Shown: positions 37,886 to 46,732 of the stretch, piece after piece | Position numbering within the stretch: the first letter of the stretch is position 1 | How the letters are laid out: the number at the start of each line of letters is the position of its first letter | Assembly: GCA_964387865.1 (NCBI GenBank) | Contig: CAYLXC010000003.1 | Span: 15,833-63,195 of the forward strand | Length of the DNA: 47,363 nt | Direction of reading: 5' to 3' | Source of the DNA: an uncultured Gammaproteobacteria bacterium | Lineage (GTDB): Bacteria; Patescibacteriota; Microgenomatia; Daviesbacterales; UBA10151 | The notes under the pieces: model-generated | Seen by the model: the letters and a program-made list of their open reading frames with translations, nothing else | What the model was told of the DNA's origin: nothing | Databases searched by the model: none | Translations under genes and position numbers: made by a program

Positions 37886-39541
37886 ATGGTTAAGATGAAA
37901 ATTAAATACGCTCTATTATTAATAGTCATAGCAGCATTTTTCTTAAGATTTTATAAATTAGGAGAAATCCCTTCTGCACTAAATTGGGACGAGATATCGA
38001 TTGGGTATAATACATACTCTATTTTAAAAACTGGAAAAGATGAATGGGGCCAATTTTTTCCAATACATTTTAAAGCATACGGTGAATACAAGCTTCCTGC
38101 TCAAGTTTATCTTAGCATTCCTGGAATATATTTATTTGGTTTAAATGAGATGGGGGTAAGAATTACACCAGCAATTTATGGAACCTTAACTGTTTTTGTA
38201 ATGTTTTTCTTAGGTAGAGCAATGTTTAGTAGTAATGCGATTGGTTTACTATCCGCATTTCTTTTAGCAATATCTCCTTGGCATATTCAGCTTACTCGAG
38301 CTTCATTTGAGTCATCGTTGGCAACATTTTTTGTTGTTTTGGGTATATTTTTTTTAGTTAAAGGGTTTAAGGATCAAAAGTGGTTCATATTTTCAATGAT
38401 CCCTTTTGCACTATCTATTTTTACATACAATAGTGCAAGGATTTTTACGCCACTTTTTTTAATATTTGCATTTTTAGTTTGTAGAAAACATTTAATAAAA
38501 TATAAGAAATTTGTAGTAGTTGCTGTAGTCGTTTTTGCAATTTTACTACTACCGCTTACCCCGTATATTTTAAGCGGTGAAAGAAGCGCAAGGTATAAAT
38601 TAGTAAGCATTACTGATGAGGCAGGACTAATACCTAGAATAAATGAGAATCGGGGAAATTCAAATTTACCACCCCCCCTACCCCGTCTGATTCACAACAA
38701 AGTTACCTATATAAGCTTCTATTTTACGAGAAATTATTTATCTCATTTTACACCGCAATTTCTATTTATTTCTGGTGCACCTCACAAACAGCATCATGTA
38801 CAAAATATTGGTCAACTTTATTTATTCCAAGTACCACTTTTGTTTATAGGACTTTGGGGATTATTTAAGTTTAAGCAAAAATTTAAAGGTTTGTTACTCT
38901 CCTGGTTATTCTTGGCGTTTATCCCAGTATCCATAACTGGTGATAGTATTCCTCATGCGCTAAGGACCCTTATTGCTGCGCCATTATATCAATTAGCAAG
39001 CGCATTTGGGGCATATCAGGCATTTTTGTGGTTAAAGAAATATTCCAAAGTGTGGATGGGGATTGCTCTCTTGTCAATTTTTGTTCTATTTTTCTGGCAA
39101 TTTAAAAGTTATCTTTACAATTATTACAGTGTTTATCCCTTTCTTTATTCCAGAGATTGGCAATATGGATATAAACAAGTTGTGAGTTACATTGGGAAAC
39201 ATCAAGAGAAGTATGATTTAATAGTCTTTACCCGTCACTACGGAGAACCGCATATGTTTACTTTATTTTATTTGAATTATGATCCGCAAAAATATCAAAA
39301 TGATCCTAATCTGGTAAGATTTGAAACTTTTGACTGGGTGAGAGTTTTAAAGTTTGATAAATTCTATTTTCCGGATTTGGGGGATGAGGGGACAAGATTT
39401 GAGGATGTTATCAAGCAAAATCCTGGGAAGAAATTGCTGTTTATAGGTAGGGGAGGGGATTTCCCCAAAGAAATCCCAAGATTATATTCTATAAATTTCC
39501 TCAATGGAGAAAATGCTTTTGATATTGTGGAAGTAAAATGA
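37886..39541 (+). CDS. ArnT/PMT-like GT-C glycosyltransferase
   Basis: LNWDE, YSILKTGKDEWG..FP, GEYKLP, TRASFE, PHALR, WQYGY. Confidence 0.87.
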   Translation: MVKMKIKYALLLIVIAAFFLRFYKLGEIPSALNWDEISIGYNTYSILKTGKDEWGQFFPIHFKAYGEYKLPAQVYLSIPGIYLFGLNEMGVRITPAIYGTLTVFVMFFLGRAMFSSNAIGLLSAFLLAISPWHIQLTRASFESSLATFFVVLGIFFLVKGFKDQKWFIFSMIPFALSIFTYNSARIFTPLFLIFAFLVCRKHLIKYKKFVVVAVVVFAILLLPLTPYILSGERSARYKLVSITDEAGLIPRINENRGNSNLPPPLPRLIHNKVTYISFYFTRNYLSHFTPQFLFISGAPHKQHHVQNIGQLYLFQVPLLFIGLWGLFKFKQKFKGLLLSWLFLAFIPVSITGDSIPHALRTLIAAPLYQLASAFGAYQAFLWLKKYSKVWMGIALLSIFVLFFWQFKSYLYNYYSVYPFLYSRDWQYGYKQVVSYIGKHQEKYDLIVFTRHYGEPHMFTLFYLNYDPQKYQNDPNLVRFETFDWVRVLKFDKFYFPDLGDEGTRFEDVIKQNPGKKLLFIGRGGDFPKEIPRLYSINFLNGENAFDIVEVK

Positions 39542-39552
39542 AAATTAAACCA

Positions 39553-39561
39553 TGCTATGAT
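39553..39561 (+). promoter_or_regulatory. Putative extended -10 (leaderless) promoter
   Basis: TG-c-TATGAT, 6 nt upstream of ATG 39568. Confidence 0.6.
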
Positions 39562-39567
39562 TAAGCT

Positions 39568-41106
39568 ATGTTCTTATCTACTTTTGTAAAGCCAAAGTAT
39601 TTGCTGATCATAATTTGTATTTTATTTCTATTTACAAGATTATATAAGATTTCCGAAATTCCATCCTCAGTTTATTGGGATGAAGCGTCTATTGGGTATA
39701 ATGCTTACTCAATTGCCCAGACAGGAAAAGATGAATGGGGTGATTTTTTACCCATTCACTTTAGAGCCTTTGGGGAGTTTAAGTTACCAATATATATTTA
39801 TTCTGTCGTACCTTTTATTAAAGTATTTGGCTTAAATGAATTTTCGGTAAGAATTCCATCAGTAATATTTTCACTGGGAGTAGTTATCCTAACATATTTT
39901 CTAGGAAGGAGATTAACAGGAAATACGCTTATTGGTTTATGGAGTATTTTTTTTGTAACCATTTCCCCTTGGTTTTTTATCTTCTCGAGAACAGGGTATG
40001 AGGCAACGGCAGGTTTAATGTTTTATATTTTAGGAATTTATTTATTTTTATCATATAAACAAAATAAATGGCTCATATTTTTTTCAGTTTTTAGTTTTAT
40101 TTTAAGTATCTACAGTTATAACAGTTTTAGAATTATTTCCCCATTAACAATCTTAGTGTTATTCTTTTTTGGTTTTACAGATTTCACAAGTTCTATTAAA
40201 GGTAGAGTTCTTCCACTAATATTCTCATTTATTGTGATTACATTAAGTATGATTCCTATAGTAAGGCTTTATACTTTAGAAGCAGGTGGCCTATCACGAT
40301 TTCAGGCAGTAGGTGTAGAGAGTAGTGGAACCTTTTTTAAAAATTATCTTTCTTATTTTAGTTTGGATTTTTTACTTACAAATGGCGACAGAAATTTACG
40401 AAGTCAACAAGCAGGCTTTGGACAGCTTAATTTAGTTGAACTAATATTTATTCTGATAGGGAGTTTCTTTATAATAAGTAAGAAAATAAAATATGGTCTA
40501 CTGACTGGATTATTACTTTTGCTGAGTCCTGTTCCAGCTGCTCTTACTAAAGAATCACCCCATGCCCTACGTTCCATAGCCACAGTTCCTTTTCTCGCAA
40601 TCTTGTCAGCATTTGGAGTTATTTATACAGGCAAATTTTTGAAGTTTAGATATTTTGAAATCATTGTTGTACTAGCATTAACGGTTTTTCTTATGCATTA
40701 TTTTGTTAATTTTATAACTGTATATCCTGGTAAAGCTTCCGAAGCATGGCAGTATGGATACAAAAAAATATTTATGGATTATGAGGATGAATTTCAAAAA
40801 TATGATCGAATAATTATTTCAGATGCATACGCTCAACCGTATATCTTTGCTCTATTTTACCTAAAATATGATCCGGAAAAATTTCAAAGAGAAGTTGTAA
40901 GAAATAGTATTGATAAATGGGGTTTCTCAACAGTCTCTAAATTTGGTAAATTTGAATTTGGAAAAGTTAATGAACTTTTAAAGAGTGGAAACGGAAAAAG
41001 ATTAATATTTGCATCAACTATGGAAGAGGTAGCTAATGCAGATACACTGGGAACAATTAATTTTTTGGATGAAACTTTGGCTTTTAGGGTATATTCAAAA
41101 CAATGA
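39568..41106 (+). CDS. ArnT/PMT-like GT-C glycosyltransferase
   Basis: VYWDE, YSIAQTGKDEWG.FLP, GEFKLP, SRTGYE, PHALR, WQYGY. Confidence 0.87.
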   Translation: MFLSTFVKPKYLLIIICILFLFTRLYKISEIPSSVYWDEASIGYNAYSIAQTGKDEWGDFLPIHFRAFGEFKLPIYIYSVVPFIKVFGLNEFSVRIPSVIFSLGVVILTYFLGRRLTGNTLIGLWSIFFVTISPWFFIFSRTGYEATAGLMFYILGIYLFLSYKQNKWLIFFSVFSFILSIYSYNSFRIISPLTILVLFFFGFTDFTSSIKGRVLPLIFSFIVITLSMIPIVRLYTLEAGGLSRFQAVGVESSGTFFKNYLSYFSLDFLLTNGDRNLRSQQAGFGQLNLVELIFILIGSFFIISKKIKYGLLTGLLLLLSPVPAALTKESPHALRSIATVPFLAILSAFGVIYTGKFLKFRYFEIIVVLALTVFLMHYFVNFITVYPGKASEAWQYGYKKIFMDYEDEFQKYDRIIISDAYAQPYIFALFYLKYDPEKFQREVVRNSIDKWGFSTVSKFGKFEFGKVNELLKSGNGKRLIFASTMEEVANADTLGTINFLDETLAFRVYSKQ

Positions 41107-42692
41107 AAGTCACTAAATTACTGCTAATTGTAATCATATTATTGGCATTTACTTTAAGAGTGTATAAATTGGATAGCGTGCCACCATCAATATCTTGGGA
41201 TGAGGCAGCTTTTGGTTACAACGCATGGACAATTGCAAATTACGGAAGAGATGAGTACGGAAAATTTTTTCCGTTATATTTTAAATCTTTTGGGGATGAT
41301 AAACATCCTGTGCATATTTATATAACAGCAATTTTTGTAAAACTTTTGGGGTTAAATGAATTTTCAACAAGGCTTCCTTCTGCAGTATTTGGTACTTTGA
41401 ATGTACTTTTAATTTATTTTTTAGGAAAATTATTTTTTAAAAAGGAAATGATTGCCTTTTCTGCAACACTATTTTTGGCAATATCACCATATAATATTCA
41501 TTTTTCTCGCTTTAATCATGAGGCAAATTTTGCATTATTTTTTCTAATGTTAGCACTAGTTCTATTTTTCTATTCCATAAAAAAGCATAAAAAAATACTG
41601 GTTTTTTCTGCACTAAGTTTTGCAATCTGCCTTCTAACATATCATAGTGCAAAAATAGTTGTTCCACTTATTGTCTTATTTCTTTTCATAATGTATTGTA
41701 GAGAAATTTTAAGAGATAGGGCGGATTTTATTCTATCAATTTTTGTTGCAACTATTCTTTTAGTAACTATTTTTTTAAACCCTCAATTATTAGGTATTGC
41801 TAGAGTAAGTCAAACGTCATTAAGTAGTGAGGCAGCTAAAGAAACTAATTTGTATGAAATTACCAAAAATGAATTCTTAGGAAAAATTAATTTGGTCTCC
41901 ATACAATACAGCTGGCATTTTATGCCCCAGTTTCTCTTTATTACAGGCGATAAAAATCCTAAATTATCTTCACAAACCGGAGAGTTTTATAAAATAGATG
42001 CACTTTTTCTTATAATTGGTGTAATTTCCCTCCTTTATAAAAAAAGCAGAGAGGGTGTTTCACTCCTTTTGTGGGCACTCATAGCACCTATCCCTTCAAG
42101 CTTAGTTGCAGAATCCCCTCATGCTGCGAGAGCATCATTTATGATGGGAAGCTGGCATTTAATTTCTGCATTAGGATTTTATACTCTATTAATTTTTTTT
42201 AAGAATTACTACTTAAAAATTGGCGCATTTCTAATAATTATTTCTTTTCTTACCATTTCACTCTTTGGATATTTGAATTATTATTTTGGTGAATATACAA
42301 AAAGGTATGCAATTGAGTGGCAATATGGTATGAAGCAAATTGTTGAATATGTAAAAGATCATCCCGAGTATCATGAGATCTATGTTACAGATGTACGTTC
42401 ACAACCTTATATTTACTTTATATATTATTTACAAACTCCTTTGCCTGATTATTTAAATACTGTTCTATATAACCGTTCAGAAACTAATAAAAGCTACAAT
42501 TTAGTTTCATATTTTGATAAATATTATTTTGGTGGATGGGATATAGTTGAAAGTATGCCGAATAAAGGAGTGTTATATATTGTTACATCCAGCCAATATG
42601 ATGGATTAAAATATAGAGAATTATTTGATATAAAAAGAATAATTTATTACCCAAACGGCACAAGTGCATTTTATCTAGTGAGTGCTCCATAA
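41103..42692 (+). CDS. ArnT/PMT-like GT-C glycosyltransferase
   Basis: ISWDE, GRDEYG.FFP, GDDKHP, SRFNHE, PHAAR, WQYG. Confidence 0.87.
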   Translation: MKVTKLLLIVIILLAFTLRVYKLDSVPPSISWDEAAFGYNAWTIANYGRDEYGKFFPLYFKSFGDDKHPVHIYITAIFVKLLGLNEFSTRLPSAVFGTLNVLLIYFLGKLFFKKEMIAFSATLFLAISPYNIHFSRFNHEANFALFFLMLALVLFFYSIKKHKKILVFSALSFAICLLTYHSAKIVVPLIVLFLFIMYCREILRDRADFILSIFVATILLVTIFLNPQLLGIARVSQTSLSSEAAKETNLYEITKNEFLGKINLVSIQYSWHFMPQFLFITGDKNPKLSSQTGEFYKIDALFLIIGVISLLYKKSREGVSLLLWALIAPIPSSLVAESPHAARASFMMGSWHLISALGFYTLLIFFKNYYLKIGAFLIIISFLTISLFGYLNYYFGEYTKRYAIEWQYGMKQIVEYVKDHPEYHEIYVTDVRSQPYIYFIYYLQTPLPDYLNTVLYNRSETNKSYNLVSYFDKYYFGGWDIVESMPNKGVLYIVTSSQYDGLKYRELFDIKRIIYYPNGTSAFYLVSAP

Positions 42693-42697
42693 GAATC

Positions 42698-42706
42698 TGC
42701 TAAACT
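42698..42706 (+). promoter_or_regulatory. Putative extended -10 promoter
   Basis: TG-c-TAAACT, 9 nt upstream of ATG 42716 in a 23-bp spacer. Confidence 0.5.
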
Positions 42707-42715
42707 AGAGAGGTT

Positions 42716-43501
42716 ATGAATTTATCTGTAGTCGCCGCAACCCTAAACGAGGAGGAAAATATTGGTAAATGTTTAGAATCCATTAAAGATATAGCATGGG
42801 AGATTATTATAGTTGATGGGGGATCAACAGATCAAACTGTTGGGATTGCCAAGAAATTTAGAGCAAAAGTTATTCAAACAGACAATCCTCCCAATTTTCA
42901 TATAAATAAAAATAAGGCCATAGATGCTGCATCGGGTGGTTGGATTTTGCAACTTGATGCAGACGAGGTGGTAACAGAGGATTTGGCGGATGAAATTAAG
43001 AAAGTTGTTAATCTAAAATCAGATATTAACGGGTATTGGATACCTCGAAAAAATTTTTTCCTGGGAAGATTTTTAACAAAAGGTGGGCAATATCCTGACT
43101 ATACGCTAAGGTTATATAGAAACGGTAAAGGTAGACTTCCTGCTAAAGATGTTCATGAGCAAGCTGTAGTGGAAGGTAGGACTGGTCATCTGAAAAATGA
43201 CCTTTTACACCTAAGGGATAGAAATTTCTCCGAGTATATGATGAGATTCAACAGGTATACAGATCTTCTGGCATCACAGATTAAGCAAGATATTAAACTT
43301 AACATCTTATCGTTTTCAGACTACATTTTTATTAAACCCACTTTTTGGTTTATCAAAGCATACCTAAGACATAGGGGATATGTTGACGGTTTCCCAGGAT
43401 TTGTTTTTGCGCTATTTTCATCTTTAAGATTCCCTGTAGCTTATATGAAGAGTCGTATAAACTACAAAGACGAAGCAGATAATGAAATGGAAATTAAATG
43501 A
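42716..43501 (+). CDS. GT2, beta-1,4-glucosyltransferase-like
   Basis: TLNEE, VDGGSTD, WILQLDADE, YPDYTLRLY, VHE, GYVDGFPG. Confidence 0.9.
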   Translation: MNLSVVAATLNEEENIGKCLESIKDIAWEIIIVDGGSTDQTVGIAKKFRAKVIQTDNPPNFHINKNKAIDAASGGWILQLDADEVVTEDLADEIKKVVNLKSDINGYWIPRKNFFLGRFLTKGGQYPDYTLRLYRNGKGRLPAKDVHEQAVVEGRTGHLKNDLLHLRDRNFSEYMMRFNRYTDLLASQIKQDIKLNILSFSDYIFIKPTFWFIKAYLRHRGYVDGFPGFVFALFSSLRFPVAYMKSRINYKDEADNEMEIK

Positions 43502-44661
43502 AAAAGTTAGACGGAATTAGTGATGACCTAAAGAAAATTTTACTACTTTTCCTAACGTGGAGAATTTTACTTTTTTTATTTTTACTATTTGCAGTAAATT
43601 CTGTTCCTTTAGCACAAGAAGATAGATTCTTGGGAGGAGGACCTATTAATTATAAGTTTTCACCAGAGCTTTTTTCTTGGGCAAATTTTGACGGGGAACA
43701 TTACTTATCAATTGCAATATTTGGGTATAAAGGATTAGAGCAGGCCTTTTTTCCTGTATACCCGATGATAATATCTTTTGTTTCAAAACCTTTTTCTCCA
43801 GATCTCTTCTCAGCATTTGTTTCATCGACTGCTGCTGGAATAATAATTTCCCAAACGTCAATTATATTAGCATTAATTTTCCTTTGGAAGCTTTTACGCC
43901 TTGATTTTTCAAAACAGATTTCTTTTTTAACTTTAATTTTACTTTTATTTTTTCCAACATCCTTTTATTTTGCTTCAGTTTATAATGAGTCTTTGTTTTT
44001 ACTCCTTGCAATTTTATCGTTTTACTGTGCTAGGACAAATAGATGGGTTCTTGCCTCGATTTTCGGATTTATTGCATCTGCCACGAGGATTTTTGGATTG
44101 CTTCTTTTTCCAGCACTTCTTATTGAGGCCTGGCAAAATAAGTTGTCTTTTAGAAGAATGCTTGTGCTTTTCTTAATCCCCTTGGGGCTTGGAGTGTATA
44201 TGATCTATCAATATCTTACAGTTGGGAATGCTTTGGCTTTTTATAATCTGCAGAAAATCGTAGGAGAGCAGCACCAATCTGGTTTTACTTTTTTACCACA
44301 AGTTTACTTTAGATATATAAAAATGCTTTTAACTGTTGATATGACACATCCTATTTATCAGACAATTGTTTTAGAATTTATTGTGGGAATTCTATTTTTT
44401 TTCCTTCCAATTTATGGTTACTTTAAAAAGATTAGAGTTTCTTATTTAGTTTTTGCATTACTTGGTTTTCTAATGCCAACAATTCAAGGAAGTTTTTCAT
44501 CTGTCCCAAGATATGTGATTGTATTTTTCCCATCTTTTTTGGCAGCTGCATTATGGATTGAAAATAAACCAGGAGTATTAAAACTTATCATCTTGATTTC
44601 TTCTTTAACTATTCTATTTATAGAAACAACACTATTTTTAAGAGGATATTGGGTAGCATGA
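43498..44661 (+). CDS. GT-C membrane glycosyltransferase, PIG-V-like ('NFDG' family)
   Basis: WANFDGEHYLSIA..GY, AFFPVYP, FPTSFYF..VYNESLF, ATR..G, PRY, FP match the PIG-V/Mannosyl_trans2-like pattern. Confidence 0.82.
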   Translation: MKKLDGISDDLKKILLLFLTWRILLFLFLLFAVNSVPLAQEDRFLGGGPINYKFSPELFSWANFDGEHYLSIAIFGYKGLEQAFFPVYPMIISFVSKPFSPDLFSAFVSSTAAGIIISQTSIILALIFLWKLLRLDFSKQISFLTLILLLFFPTSFYFASVYNESLFLLLAILSFYCARTNRWVLASIFGFIASATRIFGLLLFPALLIEAWQNKLSFRRMLVLFLIPLGLGVYMIYQYLTVGNALAFYNLQKIVGEQHQSGFTFLPQVYFRYIKMLLTVDMTHPIYQTIVLEFIVGILFFFLPIYGYFKKIRVSYLVFALLGFLMPTIQGSFSSVPRYVIVFFPSFLAAALWIENKPGVLKLIILISSLTILFIETTLFLRGYWVA

Positions 44662-45959
44662 AAAAAATTTTCAATTTAAAATTTTTAATTTTTAATTTTA
44701 TTCAACACCCACTTTTTACTGGAAGCTTTATTATGATTTTTGGCAGTAATGCCATAAGCGTCTTTAATTATTTATACCATCTTGTAATGGGTAGGATGTT
44801 AGGTCCATCCTTCTATGGAGAATTAGCATCACTTATTTCCTTAATGAGTCTTTTAGGAATAATTCCTCTCTCTTTAAATCTTGTCGTTACAAAATATGTG
44901 TCTGCCGTAAAAACAGTGGATGAAGAGAGTCTGTTGGTAAACTGGTTAAAAAGTAAACTTCTTTTGATATCGGTGTTTTTCTTTTTTATTACAGTAATTA
45001 CGTCACCTTTAACAGCTGCATTTTTACATATTGAGAAACTAATTTATCTAATCCTCATTGCATCGATATTGTTTTTTTCGTTTCAGTCGAATTTTAACAG
45101 ATCAATATTACAAGGTTTCCTTAAATTCAAGGAGATGATATTGTCTGTTTTAGCGGAAAATTTTATAAAGCTAATCTTAAGTGTTTTACTTATTATAATA
45201 GGCTTCAGAGTAGGGGGTGCAATGGTCGCTTTTGTTGTAGCTAGTTTTCTAGGGTGGTATGTTACCGGATTCTTTCTAAAAAATTATATAAGTAAGGATT
45301 CCGCTTATTCTCCGAACGTTAAATCCATGATGCTTTTTACTATTCCGGTTGTAGTCCAATCGTTTGCCATAACCTCAATCTATTCTTCTGACGTACTTTT
45401 AGTTAAACATTTTTTTTCATCCCATGAAGCGGGAATCTATGCATCTTTATCAACACTTGCAAAGATAATTTTCTTTGGAGCAAGTCCTATTGGCAGTGTA
45501 ATGTTCCCTTTGGTTTCTCAAAGAAAAGCCAGAGGGCAGGGATATAGAAAAATATTCATATTAAGTTTTTTGGGAACAGGACTACTATCCGCAGGTATTC
45601 TTTTGGTTTACTTACTTTTTCCAGAATATGCTATAAAATTACTTTACGGATCAGCTTATCTTGAAGCTTCCAACTTATTAATCTGGTTTGGAATTTTTAT
45701 TGCCTTTTTTACTTTATCTTCCCTGCTTGTAAGTTTTGGTTTATCCTCAGGTAAAACCTCTGTTGTGATTTTCCCGACCCTTGCAGCTATTATTCAAATT
45801 ATCTTAATCTGGTTTTTTCATCAAAGTCTTCATACGGTTATACTCATTTCAATTTTAGTAAATGCTTTACTACTAATCTCTCTCCTTATATACTTAAACT
45901 TTATAAAGGGGTTATTCGAAGATAATGAAGCTGATATCAGTCATAGTCCCGGCATTTAG
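44658..45959 (+). CDS. wzx: Wzx/MOP-family flippase
   Basis: About 12 TM; GRMLGPSFYG, LQG, DVLLVKHFF..EAGIY, VMFP.V, LLYGSAY. ATG 44658 (ATGA overlap) preferred. Confidence 0.87.
   Translation: MKKIFNLKFLIFNFIQHPLFTGSFIMIFGSNAISVFNYLYHLVMGRMLGPSFYGELASLISLMSLLGIIPLSLNLVVTKYVSAVKTVDEESLLVNWLKSKLLLISVFFFFITVITSPLTAAFLHIEKLIYLILIASILFFSFQSNFNRSILQGFLKFKEMILSVLAENFIKLILSVLLIIIGFRVGGAMVAFVVASFLGWYVTGFFLKNYISKDSAYSPNVKSMMLFTIPVVVQSFAITSIYSSDVLLVKHFFSSHEAGIYASLSTLAKIIFFGASPIGSVMFPLVSQRKARGQGYRKIFILSFLGTGLLSAGILLVYLLFPEYAIKLLYGSAYLEASNLLIWFGIFIAFFTLSSLLVSFGLSSGKTSVVIFPTLAAIIQIILIWFFHQSLHTVILISILVNALLLISLLIYLNFIKGLFEDNEADISHSPGI
44666..44700 (+). repeat. Degenerate heptamer tandem repeat x5 at the flippase N-terminus
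   Basis: AATTTTC AATTTAA AATTTTT AATTTTT AATTTTA (encodes IFNLKFLIFNF). Confidence 0.6.
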
Positions 45960-46725
45960 ACAAGAAAGTACAATTGCCCGTGATTTACAAAAAATCAAGG
46001 GTGTTTTAGATAGACTGCGCTACAAAACGGAACTTATTTGTGTGGTGGACGGTAAAACAGACGGTACTTTTGATCAAGCAAATAAGTTTTCAAAGACATA
46101 CAACAATGTTAAAGTAATTGGATATGATACAAATAAAGGTAAAGGTTATGCCATTCGATTCGGAATTGCAGAAAGCAAAGGAGAAATTGTCGGTTTTGTG
46201 GATTCTGGGATGGATCTTAATCCCAACGGACTTTCGATGCTCCTTGAACATTTTGAATGGTACAATGCAGATATTATAGTTGGATCTAAAAGACACCCGG
46301 TTTCTAAAGTGGATTACCCTTGGCAAAGAAGAATTCTTTCAATAGGATATCAGCTACTTGTATGGATTCTTTTTGGTTTGCGTATCAGAGATACCCAAGT
46401 AGGCATGAAATTTTTTAGAAGAGGGGTTTTAGAAAAAGTACTTCCGAGACTTTTGGTTAAGCGTTTTGCTTTTGATGTGGAAATGCTATCTGTTGCAAAT
46501 TATTTGGGTTATAAGAGAATTTTTGAGGCGCCTATTGATGTAACATTACGCTTTGGAGGGACTTCAACTATTACCAGCAAAAAATTCTTACAAACAGTAC
46601 TTGCAATGTTAATAGATACTCTGGCAATCTTTTACAGATTAAAAATATTAGGATATTACTCAGATAAAAATAAAAGAAGATGGAAGTTTGATCCGGAATT
46701 AAATTTCAGAATAAACGTTGGATGA
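45925..46725 (+). CDS. GT2, polyprenol-phosphate glycosyltransferase (ALG5/DPM-like)
   Basis: VDG.TD, NKGKGYA, DSGMD, GSKRHP, DTQVGMKFF, FAFDVEML. Confidence 0.87.
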   Translation: MKLISVIVPAFRQESTIARDLQKIKGVLDRLRYKTELICVVDGKTDGTFDQANKFSKTYNNVKVIGYDTNKGKGYAIRFGIAESKGEIVGFVDSGMDLNPNGLSMLLEHFEWYNADIIVGSKRHPVSKVDYPWQRRILSIGYQLLVWILFGLRIRDTQVGMKFFRRGVLEKVLPRLLVKRFAFDVEMLSVANYLGYKRIFEAPIDVTLRFGGTSTITSKKFLQTVLAMLIDTLAIFYRLKILGYYSDKNKRRWKFDPELNFRINVG

Positions 46726-46732
46726 AAATTTT

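Noticed and set aside
38672-38678. C7 homopolymer as a phase-variation tract
   Set aside because: It is short, in frame and explained by Pro codons (LPPPLP); there is no evidence of slippage.
30715-43501. LPS core biosynthesis implied by WaaE/LgtF-like GT2s and ArnT-like proteins
   Set aside because: No lipid A, Kdo, heptose or Ara4N synthesis genes are in the window, and these families also act on other acceptors.
1024-46326. Many short antisense or alternative-frame ORFs in the track (e.g. 1024-1365, 10463-10789, 17412-17831, 24250-24603, 30702-30977)
   Set aside because: They lie within well-supported genes and have no recognisable motifs; shadow ORFs.
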